NCBI GenBank assembly: GCA_964016885.1
Contig: OZ024743.1
Coordinates: 46,190,001-46,254,000, forward strand
Length of the DNA stretch: 64,000 nt
Direction of reading: 5' to 3'
DNA from: Eledone cirrhosa
Lineage: Eukaryota
Each line of letters opens with the position of its first letter. Position 1 is the stretch's first letter. The translations under genes and the position numbers were made by a program. The notes under the pieces are model-generated. The model was not told where the DNA came from and made no database searches. It was given only the letters and a program-made list of their open reading frames with translations. Positions 12,811 to 24,949 of the stretch are shown here, in pieces.

Positions 12811-14598
12811 TTACCTCTCTGCGTCCCGGGTATCGGGCTGCACAATTTCCATTAGGGTGGGGGATGGGTTGTTGGGTGGGGTGGTGGTTTGTGGAAGTGT
12901 GGGGGCATCAGTGTGTTGTGTGGTTGGGGAGCTTGGAGTTGTGTGGGTGTTTGGGGAGGGGGTGGGATAGTTTTTTAGGAGGACGCGGTTAATGGGCCCG
13001 ACGCAGGGGGGACCCACGTCCTCTTTAAAATTGTTTTTTAAAGTTTTATAGGTGTCCTGTGGGGCCTTAATCATTTTGAGGTGGGGGAAATCCCCTGCCT
13101 GGGTGAAGTTAGGTCCTTGTGTTTTTATTAGATTGTTGTTGTACACAATGTTTAACAGTTTTTTGTTTCTTGTATTTATGTATGTGTATGCATGTTTTTG
13201 TTTTTGTGTGGTGTTTTTTGTTTGCTGTTGTGAGCTCTTTTGTGTTGGTGTCAGTGTTATGTTTTGGGGAGGGTTTTTTTTCATTTGTGTGTCTGAGGTG
13301 TGTTTTCTTTTTTTTCTTTTGATTGTGTGGAAGTGCTCCTCCTCGTCTGACGACGAACTAGGGTCATCTTCCGCGTTGGAGGGGAGGGGTATATTTTCGG
13401 GTTGTGTTTGCGGTACGGGTGTTTTGGAAATTGTTTTTGTTTTTTGAGTGGAGGGGATGGGTTGGACATTGTTTTGTTTTGGTTTGAGCTGTGGTGGTTG
13501 TTTTTGTAGTGGTAGTTGTGGTGATTGTGTTGGTTGTGCAGTTGTTGGTGGTGTAGGCAGGATTGGGGTTTTCTTATTAAGTTGGGGACAGACAGCCTTC
13601 AGGTGACCTCTGGTTCCGCAGAGGTAACACGAGGGCCGTCTACCCTCAACGGTAATGTTGATGAAGGTTAGATCATCCAGTATGACGCGTTCAGGGATCT
13701 GGGCGATCCTTTCGGGCCTCATTTGAACTACAAGTTCGAGGCTCGTTCCACTGAACGCGTCACCCGATGCCTTTCCCATGGACACCAGCATGTCATCCTC
13801 CAGGTCCAGAAAACCTGTCAAAACCCACCATATGTCCATAATCGGCAGGATGGTGTGGATTTTTATTTTTTGTGTTCTTCTACCCATGTACGTAGGGTAG
13901 AAGGTGTATGCGGTGGATGTGATTGGTTTGATGGACAGTTTCACTGCTGTGTCCCTGTCCTTCATGAGAATGGATAGACTCCCGTAGAGTCTATCCTTCT
14001 GAATGAAGGTGATGTCCTTCATGACGTCTTTTAAAACCAGCTCTATCTCGCTCTGTGATGGTTGAGCTGGTTTTTTACTTTTGTTCGAGATTGTCCTAAA
14101 CATGACCGTGTTTAGGAGTCTCTGGCTTTTTAGTTCCGGGGGGGAATGGATTGTGAATGAACCATTTTCCCCGTACACTATATATTTTTTCGCATCCGCC
14201 AATAGCTCCTTCGCTTTTGTTATATCTACTGGCAGATAGTCGAGGGTTTTCCTTGTCGTCTCGGCGAAGGAGAAATTTTGTTTGTTTGTGTTGTTGTTGT
14301 CGTTGGTGGTGTTGTTGTTATCATTGTTGTTGTTGTCACCGTTATTGGTCTTGTTGTTGTTATTGTTATTGTTATTGGTGTTGCTTTCGTCCGTCGCATT
14401 GTTGTTGTTGTTGCTGTTGCTGCTGGTTCTTTGGGTTGTTGCCATGGCAACGTCAAGTTGTCGGTTAACAGGTGGAGAGAATTCTTCCTCTGGCTGACCT
14501 ATCTTCTTGACCTCTGCTACTGTGACAGTGGCAGGGGGAAGCTGTAAGTTCATCTTCCCCTTTCCTCCTTCGAATTTTGGTGAAGAAGCTTCGGCCAT
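12811..14598 (-). CDS. ORF1: nucleic-acid-binding protein with a CCHC zinc knuckle
   Basis: 595 aa; VEGRRPSCYLCGTRGHLKAVC knuckle, Asn-rich N-terminus, Pro/Gln/Thr-rich C-terminus, basic KRKKRK patch; lies upstream of ORF2. Confidence 0.9.
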   Translation of the reverse strand: MAEASSPKFEGGKGKMNLQLPPATVTVAEVKKIGQPEEEFSPPVNRQLDVAMATTQRTSSNSNNNNNATDESNTNNNNNNNNKTNNGDNNNNDNNNTTNDNNNTNKQNFSFAETTRKTLDYLPVDITKAKELLADAKKYIVYGENGSFTIHSPPELKSQRLLNTVMFRTISNKSKKPAQPSQSEIELVLKDVMKDITFIQKDRLYGSLSILMKDRDTAVKLSIKPITSTAYTFYPTYMGRRTQKIKIHTILPIMDIWWVLTGFLDLEDDMLVSMGKASGDAFSGTSLELVVQMRPERIAQIPERVILDDLTFINITVEGRRPSCYLCGTRGHLKAVCPQLNKKTPILPTPPTTAQPTQSPQLPLQKQPPQLKPKQNNVQPIPSTQKTKTISKTPVPQTQPENIPLPSNAEDDPSSSSDEEEHFHTIKRKKRKHTSDTQMKKNPPQNITLTPTQKSSQQQTKNTTQKQKHAYTYINTRNKKLLNIVYNNNLIKTQGPNFTQAGDFPHLKMIKAPQDTYKTLKNNFKEDVGPPCVGPINRVLLKNYPTPSPNTHTTPSSPTTQHTDAPTLPQTTTPPNNPSPTLMEIVQPDTRDAER

Positions 14599-14808
14599 TT
14601 AAAAAAATATTGACTTTTCAACAAGAAAAAACTTTTTTTTAACTATTTCGCCTAAAGGCGTAGAATATTTTGAGAGAATGACCAGATCAAAGTTTGACCT
14701 GGCAGTCCCTCTACAAAATGGTACAAAAATTAAAGTTATCAGACAAGAATTTCTATAGAAATTTAAACAGAACATACTCAGCAAGTTATACGCGTGTGTC
14801 CATCCCAG

Positions 14809-14972
<164 letters not shown>

Positions 14973-17772
14973 GTTTCTTTTATTTGCCACTAGGGCATCA
15001 AAAGTGGGACAAGTACAAAGGGGGGAGTTTACACAAAAAGGCGTCCTCAATAAGGAGGAGGCAATAACAAAATATAAAAATAAAATAAGATATCACAAAA
15101 AATAAAATTTTTAACAAAATCCTCAATAGAGAGGAGGCGCCTTGGGGGGTCGCACACACCCCCGAAAAAAGTGTGCAACCCTTCTCCTCAGGAGCACAGA
15201 GAAGGGGTGCTCCCTTGGTCTTTCATCTTCCTCACCTATAGTCTGATGTAGAGTGAAGGCCCATTCACACGGGCCATTCTCGCCACTTTCACCCATCTTT
15301 CATAGAAACGGCTGGGGTGCAGCACCTCTCTCTCCATCCTGATCCTTCTTCCGAAATGATATCGGAAGAAACGGACCAGTTGTTGGCCAGAGAGAAAGGT
15401 GCCTGACCTCAGTCCTTTCAGACGCGTCCACCATACAACCTCTTTCGCCATGGCTATTACGCACAGAAACACCGCCTCTGCTTCATCTTTGAAGGGGGGA
15501 GGCGGCTTGATCATTACAATAGACTCGGTGGTCAACCGGATCGGTCCCACCCTTGACAGCAGTTGTTCGACATAGCCCCACAGATCGGCTGCGCCCGAGC
15601 AGTGTACCAATGCGTGTGCAACGGTTTCCTCGTCGCACACGCATCTGGGACAGATCTTTTTGGCGGGGTCCCTACCCGGGCGCCCGTGTCTGTAGAGCCT
15701 TTCTCGAACGGGTAAAGCCCCTCGGTAGCACTGCCAGGCCAGGGACTTCTGGAAGTTGTCCATAGGTCCCGGGCTGAATGTCCTACCGAACAGGCTGGCC
15801 AGTTCGTCCTCCTCCATGTCTAGGGCTTCTCCGAGGGCGTCGTCGCACCTGCTGCGTACCAGCCCTCTATAGAATGTTGCGGTGGAGTCTCCACTGATAA
15901 CCGGATCCGCCCGCCAGAGGGCGGTGAGCGCCTGGGCACACTCAGTGTGCCAGGCGCCCAGTTTTCTCGGTCTTTGCTTGACCCAGGATTGCAGCTCGGT
16001 GAGTGAGACGAGTCTGGGAAAGGTTCGTCTCACAAACGAGGCCCACACCGGTTGTCCGGTGAGGAATACGTAGAGGTGCCGTAGCCTTAATGCGTGTTTA
16101 CGCATCATTAGCCACGGCATCCCCAGCCCTCCTTTCGAAGGGTGTTGACAGCAGATGGATCTCCTCACCATAGGAGCCCGCCTCTTCCAAAGGAATTGGA
16201 AGAGCGCGCGCTCCATCTTGGTGAGGGTTTCCCTTGGGCAGGGCACTACGGTCAGGCGGTAGTAGATGACGGACGCTATGTAGGTGTTCGCCACCTCCGC
16301 CCGACCTTTCAGGGATAGTTTGCAACTGGCCCACTTCTGGGTCAGTGCAAACACCCTGTTCGTAACCTCCGCCCAGTTTTTCTCCACCTGGAGGTCCGGT
16401 CCGAACCAGACCCCGAGCAACTTCACCGGGCCCTCCGTCCAGCGTCCGACGACGCCATCGGAGGGCATCGGTCTGCCCCTCCACGTGCCGAGTTGCAAAC
16501 CGATCGACTTGTCCCGGTTCAGCTTAGCCCCTGTGAACTTTTCGTACTCCTCCAGTAAGGTGCCGACCGCCTCGATTTCGGAGGCCGTCGACACCATTAC
16601 TGTCACGTCATCGGCGTAGGCCGACACCGCTTTCCGCAATCCCGGTTCCAAAGGGATGCCCTGCAACAACTCCAACTTCCGCAGTAGTGGCTCGAGAGTC
16701 AACACATACAGAAGGGAGGAGAGAGGGCACCCTTGTCGGATGGACCGCGCGATTTTGAACGGCTCCGAGAGGTAGCCGTTCACCTTGACCCTAGAGCAGA
16801 TGCGGCTGCTGTGCATAGCAGTGATCCAGCCCCTGAAAACGGGTCCGAAGCCTGCCGCCGCTAGCACCGCATCCAGGTAACCATGGTCGACCCTATCGAA
16901 CGCCTTAGATTGATCCAAGTTGATCAGAGCCCCACCAAAGCCGGGTTCGTTCCCAACCCTCTCTATGATGTATCGCATGAGGTGGAGGTTGTCATGGATG
17001 GACCTGGACGGGATAGCGCATGTCTGCGCATCTCCCACCAGGTTGCCCACGACAAGCGCCAACCTCTTTGCTAGCACCTTGGCCAAAATCTGTAACTCTG
17101 TATTTAGCAGAGTTATGGGCCTGAAGTTACTTATTTCGTCCCCCTTGTTCTCGTCCTTCCTCACTAGCGTGACTACGCCCTTGGTCACAGTACAGGGAAT
17201 TCTCCCGTTCTGTTGCCAGTTGCAGTAGACCGCCTCGAGGAGATCGGGGAACAAGTCCGGCATAGCTAGATATAATTCGTAAGGAAGACCATCGAGACCC
17301 GGGGATTTGCGTTTGCCGCATTGGCTCAGCACGTCCTCTATCTCAGCGGCCGAAATCGGTTCCTCGCAGGACTTCGCCTCCCTGTCCGAGAGGCGCGGCA
17401 GGCCGTCGAGGTATGGACCGAAGTCCACGTTCCCAACCGGCTCCCCGCCCCTCCCGAACAGTCGGGCAAAGTGCCTTTGAAAGGCCTCACACATCTGCTT
17501 AGGCTCAAGAATCGCCCGTCCATCCAGGTCTCGCAAAGACCGGATGGTGGATTTAGTTCCACTGTTGGCCTCTGTCACGCGGGCCCAGCTAACAGCTTTG
17601 GTCCCCTCGTTCCCTAGAGCACGTATTTTACTTCGGACAACGCAGCCTTCGTGCTTCGCGTCGAAAAACTGGCTCAAAGCCGTTCTCGACGCTAGCACTC
17701 TGGCCACGTCGCCGCTTCTAATTGCCTCTTCTACTCTATCTATTAGCTCCCTTTCCTTCCTATTCCTGTCAT
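14973..17772 (-). mobile_element. Tx1-clade copy 3, 5'-truncated, nearly identical to copy 2
   Basis: Uninterrupted partial ORF2 (15236-17772) differs from copy 2 at only a few residues; same 3' UTR; flanked by (GATA)n. Confidence 0.95.
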
Positions 17773-17842
<70 letters not shown>

Positions 17843-17843
<1 letters not shown>

Positions 17844-20188
17844 TTCTTTATTTGCCACAAGGGCGCACAAGAAAAAGCGATAATACAAAGACATATGGCG
17901 GGGATTTTACATATAGGTATATGAAAATAAAACTATTAATAAAATAACAAATAACAATTGATATCCCCAATAGGGGGAGGCGTTACACATGGGTTGTACA
18001 CACCTCGACAAAATGTACAACCCTCATCTCCAGGAGCACCAAGAGTGAGTACTCCCTTCCTCTCTTCCTCTTTTTCCTCAACCTACAGGCTTATATAGAG
18101 AGAAGGCCCAACCACTCGGGCCATCCTTGCCACATTCACCCACCTTTTATAAAAATTTGCTGGGGTACAGCACCTCTCTCTCCATCCTGAATCTTCTTCC
18201 AAAATGATATTTGAAAAAACGAATCAGTTGTTCGCCGGAGAGAAAGGTGTCTGACCTCAGCCCTTTTAACCTCGTCCACCATATAACCTCTTTCACCATA
18301 GCCATAACACATAGGAAAACCGCCTCTCCCTTGTTTTTGAAGGAGGGTGGCGGTTTGATCATGACAATTGACTCGGTGGTTAACTGCATTGGTCCCACCC
18401 GCGACAATAGTCGTTCTACATAGCCCCACAGGTCGGTAACACCCGGGCAGTGTACAAATGCGTGCGCGACGGTTTCCTCGTCGCGCACGCATCTCGGACA
18501 GATCTTTTTCGAAGGGTCCCTACTCGGCGCCTGTGTCTGTAGAGCTTGTCTCGAACCGGTAGAGCTCCTCGGTAGCACTGCCAGGCCAGGGACTTTTGGA
18601 AGTTGTCCATTGGTCCCGGGCGGAAGGTCCTACCGAACAGACTGGTCAGTTCGTCCTCCTCTACGCCTAGAGTTTCTCCGAGCGTGTCGTCGCACTTGCT
18701 GCGGACCAACACTCTATAGAATGTCGAAGTGGAGTCTCCACTGATCGCCGGGTCCGTTTGCCAGAGGACTGTGAGCGCCTGAGCACATTCGATGTGCCAG
18801 TCGCCCATTTTCCTCGGTCTTTGCTTGACCCAGGACTGCAGCTCGGTCAGCGAAACGAGTCGTGGGAAGGCTCGCCTCACGAACGGGGCCCACACCGGTT
18901 GTCTGGTGAGGAATACGTGGAGGTGCCGCAGCCTGAGCGCGTGTTTGCGCATCGTAAGCCACGGCATCCCCAGCCCTCCGTTTGAAGGGTGTTGGCAGCA
19001 GATGGATCTTCTCACCAAAGGAGCCCGTTTCTTCCAAAAGAATTGGAAGAGTGCGCGCTCCATTTTGGTGAGCGTTTTGGCTGGATAAGGCACGACGGTC
19101 AAGCGGTAGTAGATGACGGACGCTATAAAAGTGTTCGCCACCCCCGCTCGACCTTTCAAGGATAGTTTGCACTCGGCCCACTTCTGGGTGAGCGCAAACA
19201 CCTTGGCCATCACCTCGTTCCAGTTCTTCTCCACCTGGAGGTCCGGACCAAACCAGACCCCGAGCAGCTTTACCGGTCCTTCCGTCCAGCGTCCGACGAT
19301 GCCATCGGAAGGCATCGGTTTGCCTCTCCACGTTCTGAGTTGCAAACTGACGGATTAGTCCCGGTACAGCTTCGCTCCTGTGAACCTTTCGTATTCCTCC
19401 AATAAGGTGCCGATCTCCCCGATTTGCGAGGTGCTTGACACCATTACTGTCACGTCGTCAGCGTATGCCGACACCGCTTTTCGCAGTCCCGGTTCCAAAG
19501 GGATGCCATGCAATAGCTCCAACTTCCGCAGTAGTGGCTCAAGAGTCAGTACGTGCAGAAGGGAGGAGAGAGGGCATCCCTGTCGGATGGATCGCGTGAT
19601 ATGGAACGGCTCCGAGAGGTAGCCGTTGACCTTGACCCTTGAGCAGATGTTGCTGTTATGCATTGCAGCAATCCAGCCCCTGAAAACGGGACCGAAGCCT
19701 GCCGCCTCGAGCACCGCATCCAGGTAACGATGGTCAACCCTATAGAAAGCCTTAGACTGATCCAAGTTGATCAGGGCCCCACCGAAGCCGGGTTTACACC
19801 CTACCCTCTCTATGATGTATCGCATGAGGTGGAGGTTGTCGTGTATGGTCCTGGTCGGGATTGCGCATGTATGCGCTTCTCTCACCAGGTTTTCGACGAC
19901 AAGCGCCAGCCTCTTTGCCAACACCTTGGCCAAAATCTGTAACTCTGTGTTGAGCAGACTTATGGGCCGGAAGTTGCCTATGTCATCCCCCTTGTTCTCG
20001 TCCTTCCTGACTAACGTGATTACGCCCTTGGTCACAGAACTGGGAATTCTCCCGTTCTGCTGCCAGTTGCAGTAGACCACTTCCAGGAGACCGGAGAACA
20101 AGTCCGGCATTGCTACGTAAAATTCGTAGGGTAGACCGTCGAGACCCGGATATTTGCGTTTGCCGCATTGGCTCAGCGCGTCCCCTAT
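17843..20188 (-). mobile_element. Tx1-clade copy 4, different subfamily, 5'-truncated, disrupted
   Basis: RT and zinc-finger fragments (19355-20110, 18416-19345, 18147-18578) with a stop and a frameshift; distinct 3' UTR resembling copy 1. Confidence 0.92.
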
Positions 20189-20197
20189 ATAGATAGA

Positions 20198-21190
20198 TTT
20201 CTATTTATTGCCACTATTTATTAATACAAGGGGGGGGGGGGTTACCCAAAAAGGCGAGTAAAGAAAACAAACAACAAATATAAAATTAACAATAAAGTCC
20301 TCAATAGGGAGGGGGCGTTTGGGGGGTCGCACACACCCCCGAAAAAAGTGTGCAAGCCCTTCTCCTCAGGAGCACAGAGAGAGGGTGCTCCCTCGTTCCT
20401 TCCTCTTTTCCACCTACAGGCTGATGTAGAGAGAAGGCCCATTCACACGGGCCATTCTCGCCACTTTCACCCACCTTTCATAAAAACGACTGAGGTTGAG
20501 CATCTCTCTCTCTCCATCCTGATCCTTCTTCTGAAATGATATCGGAAGAAACGGATCAGTTGTTGGCCAGAGAGAAAGGTGCCTGACCTGAGTCCTTTCG
20601 GACGCGTCCACCATACAACCTCTTTGACCATGGCTATTACGCACAGAAACACCGCCTCTCCTTCATTTTTGAAGGGGGCGGCTTAATCGTTACAATGGCC
20701 TCGGTTGTCAACCGGATCAGTCCCACCCGTGATAGCAGTCGTTCGACATAGCCCCACAGATCGGCTACGCCCGAGCAGTGTACCAATGCGTGTGCAACGG
20801 TTTCCTCGTCGCACACGCATCTGGGACAGATCTTTTTGGCGGGGTCCCTACCCGGGCGCCCGTGTCTGTAGAGCTTTTCTCGAACGGGTAGAGCCCCTCG
20901 GTAGCACTGCCAGGCCAGGGACTTCTGGAAGTTGTCCATAGGTCCCGGACTGAATGTCCCACCGAACAGGCTGGCCAGTTCGTTTTCCTCCATGTCTAGG
21001 GCTTCTCCGAGGGCGTCGTCGCACCTGTTGCGTACCAGCCCTCTATAGAATGTCGCGGTGGAGTCTCCACTGATAACCGGGTCCACCTGCCAGAGGGCCG
21101 TGAGCGCCTGGGCACACTCAGTGTGCCAGGCGCCCAGTTTTCTCGGTCTTTGCTTGATCCAGGATTGCAGCTCGGTGAGTGAGACGAGTC
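20198..21190 (-). mobile_element. Tx1-clade copy 5, ~1 kb 3' fragment with a visible TSD
   Basis: C-terminal ORF2 fragment with frameshifts; flanked by the direct repeat GTCCCCTATATAGATAGAT (20180-20198 and 21188-21206). Confidence 0.92.
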
Positions 21191-21487
21191 CCCTATATAG
21201 ATAGATAGATAGATAGATAGATAAGTTTCTTTTATTTGCCACTAGGGCATCAAAAGTGGGACAAGTACAAAGGGGGGAGTTTACACAAAAAGGCGTCCTC
21301 AATAAGGAGGAGGCAATAACAAAATATAAAAATAAAATAAGATATAACAAAAAATAAAATTTTTAACAAAATCCTCAATAGAGAGGAGGCGCCTTGGGGG
21401 GTCGCACACACCCCCGAAAAAAGTGTGCAACCCTTTTCCTCAGGAGCACAGAGAGGGGGTGCTCCCTCGTTCCTTCCTCTTTTCCAC

Positions 21488-24400
21488 CTACAGGCTTATG
21501 TAAAGAGAAGGCCCATTCACACGGGCCATTCTCGCCACTTTCAGCCACCTTTCATAAAAACGACTGGGGTGCAGCACCTCTCTCTCCATCCTGATCCTTC
21601 TTCCGAAATGATATCGGAAGAAACGGACCAGTTGTTGGCCAGAGAGAAAGGTGCCTGACCTCAGTCCTTTCAGACGCGTCCACCATACAACCTCTTTCGC
21701 CATGGCTATTACGCACAGAAACACCGCCTCTGCTTCATCTTTGAAGGGGGGAGGCGGCTTGATCATTACAATAGACTCGGTGGTCAACCGGATCGGTCCC
21801 ACCCTTGACAGCAGTTGTTCGACATAGCCCCACAGATCGGCTACGCCCGAGCAGTGTACCAATGCGTGTGCAACGGTTTCCTCGTCGCACACGCATCTGG
21901 GACAGATCTTTTTGGCGGGGTCCCTACCCGGGCGCCCGTGTCTGTAGAGCCTTTCTCGAACGGGTAAAGCCCCTCGGTAGCACTGCCAGGCCAGGGACTT
22001 CTGGAAGTTGTCCATAGGTCCCTGGCTGAATGTCCTACCGAACAGGCCGGCCAGTTCGTCCTCCTCCATGTCTAGGGCTTCTCCGAGGGCGTCGTCGCAC
22101 CTGCTGCATACCAGCCCTCTATAGAATGTTGCGGTGGAGTCTCCACTGATAACCGGATCCGCCTGCCAGAGGGCGGTGAGCGCCTGGGCACACTCAGTGT
22201 GCCAGGCGCCCAGTTTTCTCGGTCTTTGCTTGACCCAGGATTGCAGCTCGGTGAGTGAGACGAGTCTGGGAAAGGTTCGTCTCACAAACGAGGCCCACAC
22301 CGGTTGTCCGGTGAGGAATACGTAGAGGTGCCGTAGCCTTAATGCGTGTTTACGCATCATTAGCCACGGCATCCCCAGCCCTCCTTTCGAAGGGTGTTGA
22401 CAGCAGATGGATCTCCTCACCATAGGAGCCCGTCCCTTCCAAAGGAATTGGAAGAGCGCGCGCTCCATCTTGGTGAGGGTTTCCCTTGGGCAGGGCACTA
22501 CGGTCAGGCGGTAGTAGATGACGGACGCTATGTAGGTGTTCGCCACCTCCGCCCGACCTTTCAGGGATAGTTTGCAACTGGCCCACTTCTGGGTCAGTGC
22601 AAACACCCTGTTCGTAACCTCCGCCCAGTTTTTCTCCACCTGGAGGTCCGGTCCGAACCAGACCCCGAGCAACTTCACCGGGCCCTCCGTCCAGCGTCCG
22701 ACGACGCCATCGGAGGGCATCGGTCTGCCCCTCCACGTGCCGAGTTGCAAACCGATCGACTTGTCCCGGTTCAGCTTAGCCCCTGTGAACTTTTCGTACT
22801 CCTCCAGTAAGGTGCCGACCGCCTCGATTTCGGAGGCCGTCGACACCATTACTGTCACGTCATCGGCGTAGGCCGACACCGCTTTCCGCAATCCCGGTTC
22901 CAAAGGGATGCCCTGCAACAACTCCAACTTCCGCAGTAGTGGCTCGAGAGTCAACACATACAGAAGGGAGGAGAGAGGGCACCCTTGTCGGATGGACCGC
23001 GCGATTTTGAACGGCTCCGAGAGGTAGCCGTTCACCTTGACCCTAGAGCAGATGCGGCTGCTGTGCATAGCAGTGATCCAGCCCCTGAAAACGGGTCCGA
23101 AGCCTGCCGCCGCTAGCACCGCATCCAGGTAACCATGGTCGACCCTATCGAACGCCTTAGATTGATCCAAGTTGATCAGAGCCCCACCAAAGCCGGGTTC
23201 GTTCCCAACCCTCTCTATGATGTATCGCATGAGGTGGAGGTTGTCATGGATGGACCTGGACGGGATAGCGCATGTCTGCGCATCTCCCACCAGGTTGCCC
23301 ACGACAAGCGCCAACCTCTTTGCTAGCACCTTGGCCAAAATCTGTAACTCTGTATTTAGCAGAGTTATGGGCCTGAAGTTACTTATTTCGTCCCCCTTGT
23401 TCTCGTCCTTCCTCACTAGCGTGACTACGCCCTTGGTCACAGTACAGGGAATTCTCCCGTTCTGTTGCCAGTTGCAGTAGACCGCCTCGAGGAGATCGGG
23501 GAACAAGTCCGGCATAGCTAGATATAATTCGTAAGGAAGACCATCGAGACCCGGGGATTTGCGTTTGCCGCATTGGCCCAGCACGTCCTCTATCTCAGCG
23601 GCCGAAATCGGCTCTTCGCAAGACTTCGCCTCCCTGTCCGAGAGGCGCGGCAGGCCGTCGAGGTATGGACCGAAGTCCACGTTCCCAACCGGCTCCCCGC
23701 CCCTCCCGAACAGTCGGGCAAAGTGCCTTTGAAAGGCCTCACACATCTGCTTAGGCTCAAGAATCGCCCGTCCATCCAGGTCTCGCAAAGACCGGATGGT
23801 GGATTTAGTTCCACTGTTGGCCTCTGTCACGCGGGCCCAGCTAACAGCTTTGGCCCCCTCGTTCCCTAGAGCACGTATTTTACTTCGGACAACGCAGCCT
23901 TCGTGCTTCGCGTCGAAAAACTGGCTCAAAGCCGTTCTCGACGCTAGCACTCTGGCCACGTCGCCGCTTCTAATTGCCTCTTCTACTCTATCTATTAGCT
24001 CCCTTTCCTTCCTATTCCTATCCGCAGCTAGAACCTTACTAAATTCAATGGAGACTACTCTAATCTCTCTCTTTAGAGATACCCACCACCTGCTGTTGAC
24101 GATCGCTCCAGTCAACCGTTCCTTAACTAACGTACTAATCCGATTCCTGTAGGCTCTACTTGCCGGCAAGGACAAGTTGAGCTTCCAGTAACCGGGGCCC
24201 TGTCTATGCGTTCTATCAAGGTTGACCATGCAGGTCACCAACTTGTGGTCTGAATAGCCAACCATGAGCATTTCTGGACAACTTAAAAAGTCCCTGTCCT
24301 TATTTCTAACTAAAAATCTGTCTAGGTACGATCTAGATGATCCGCTGCGATTTGACCAAGACCAGGTTGGCACCGTCGGAAAATCTAGTCGAAATCTATC

Positions 24401-24925
24401 GGCCAGGTCAAATCGGCCGAGTAACCCCTTGAGGCTGTTGCACCCCTCTCTATCGGGACATGCCCCTGCATAGTCCCAACGTGCATCCAGGATACCATTC
24501 CAATCCCCCATTAAAAGCAGGGAACGGGACGTCCCTAGAAAAGACTCCAGACGCTGGAAAAAGTCGGGCCGCTCTGTCCCAAAAGGGGCATATGCGGCTA
24601 TCAGCCTAAGGGCTCTACCTTCACCACTGCCAAGGTCCATCACCACCAGTCGACCCCCTGGGTCCAAGTGAACTATCTGTGTTGCAAGGCCCATATGTTT
24701 TTGCAGCAGAACGACAACCCCACCCCCACCTCCGGGCTGACAGAGAGATGCGTGCATCTCAAAGTCGTCAAAGGTGGGGGCTAGCTGTCGCATGCTGCTG
24801 ATCCGGGCCTCGCAGATAACCATCACATTTATAGATTGTGACCTGAGGTCATTTAGAAGCATTGCTTGCTTCCAAGACGAGCCCAGGCCACGCGCATTTA
24901 GACACCCTACTCTTAGCACAGCCAT
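21488..24925 (-). CDS. ORF2: APE endonuclease, reverse transcriptase and zinc finger
   Basis: Same motif set as copy 2; intact frame (open from 24949, first ATG at 24925). Confidence 0.95.
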   Translation of the reverse strand: MAVLRVGCLNARGLGSSWKQAMLLNDLRSQSINVMVICEARISSMRQLAPTFDDFEMHASLCQPGGGGGVVVLLQKHMGLATQIVHLDPGGRLVVMDLGSGEGRALRLIAAYAPFGTERPDFFQRLESFLGTSRSLLLMGDWNGILDARWDYAGACPDREGCNSLKGLLGRFDLADRFRLDFPTVPTWSWSNRSGSSRSYLDRFLVRNKDRDFLSCPEMLMVGYSDHKLVTCMVNLDRTHRQGPGYWKLNLSLPASRAYRNRISTLVKERLTGAIVNSRWWVSLKREIRVVSIEFSKVLAADRNRKERELIDRVEEAIRSGDVARVLASRTALSQFFDAKHEGCVVRSKIRALGNEGAKAVSWARVTEANSGTKSTIRSLRDLDGRAILEPKQMCEAFQRHFARLFGRGGEPVGNVDFGPYLDGLPRLSDREAKSCEEPISAAEIEDVLGQCGKRKSPGLDGLPYELYLAMPDLFPDLLEAVYCNWQQNGRIPCTVTKGVVTLVRKDENKGDEISNFRPITLLNTELQILAKVLAKRLALVVGNLVGDAQTCAIPSRSIHDNLHLMRYIIERVGNEPGFGGALINLDQSKAFDRVDHGYLDAVLAAAGFGPVFRGWITAMHSSRICSRVKVNGYLSEPFKIARSIRQGCPLSSLLYVLTLEPLLRKLELLQGIPLEPGLRKAVSAYADDVTVMVSTASEIEAVGTLLEEYEKFTGAKLNRDKSIGLQLGTWRGRPMPSDGVVGRWTEGPVKLLGVWFGPDLQVEKNWAEVTNRVFALTQKWASCKLSLKGRAEVANTYIASVIYYRLTVVPCPRETLTKMERALFQFLWKGRAPMVRRSICCQHPSKGGLGMPWLMMRKHALRLRHLYVFLTGQPVWASFVRRTFPRLVSLTELQSWVKQRPRKLGAWHTECAQALTALWQADPVISGDSTATFYRGLVCSRCDDALGEALDMEEDELAGLFGRTFSQGPMDNFQKSLAWQCYRGALPVRERLYRHGRPGRDPAKKICPRCVCDEETVAHALVHCSGVADLWGYVEQLLSRVGPIRLTTESIVMIKPPPPFKDEAEAVFLCVIAMAKEVVWWTRLKGLRSGTFLSGQQLVRFFRYHFGRRIRMEREVLHPSRFYERWLKVARMARVNGPSLYISL

Positions 24926-24949
24926 GTTGGTGGTAAAGAGAAAAGGCAC

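Larger units (their letters stand above)
9087..14807 (-). mobile_element. Tx1-clade non-LTR retrotransposon copy 2, full length, both ORFs intact
   Basis: 5' UTR, ORF1 595 aa, ORF2 ~1145 aa, 3' UTR ending AATAAAAGAAA directly followed by (TATC)n; (GATA)n at both ends. Confidence 0.95.

Noticed and set aside
17773-17860. Apparent N-terminus [14 protein letters not shown] of the 874-aa ORF
   Set aside because: Chance in-frame read-through from the copy-4 3' UTR across (TATC)n into truncated copy 3.
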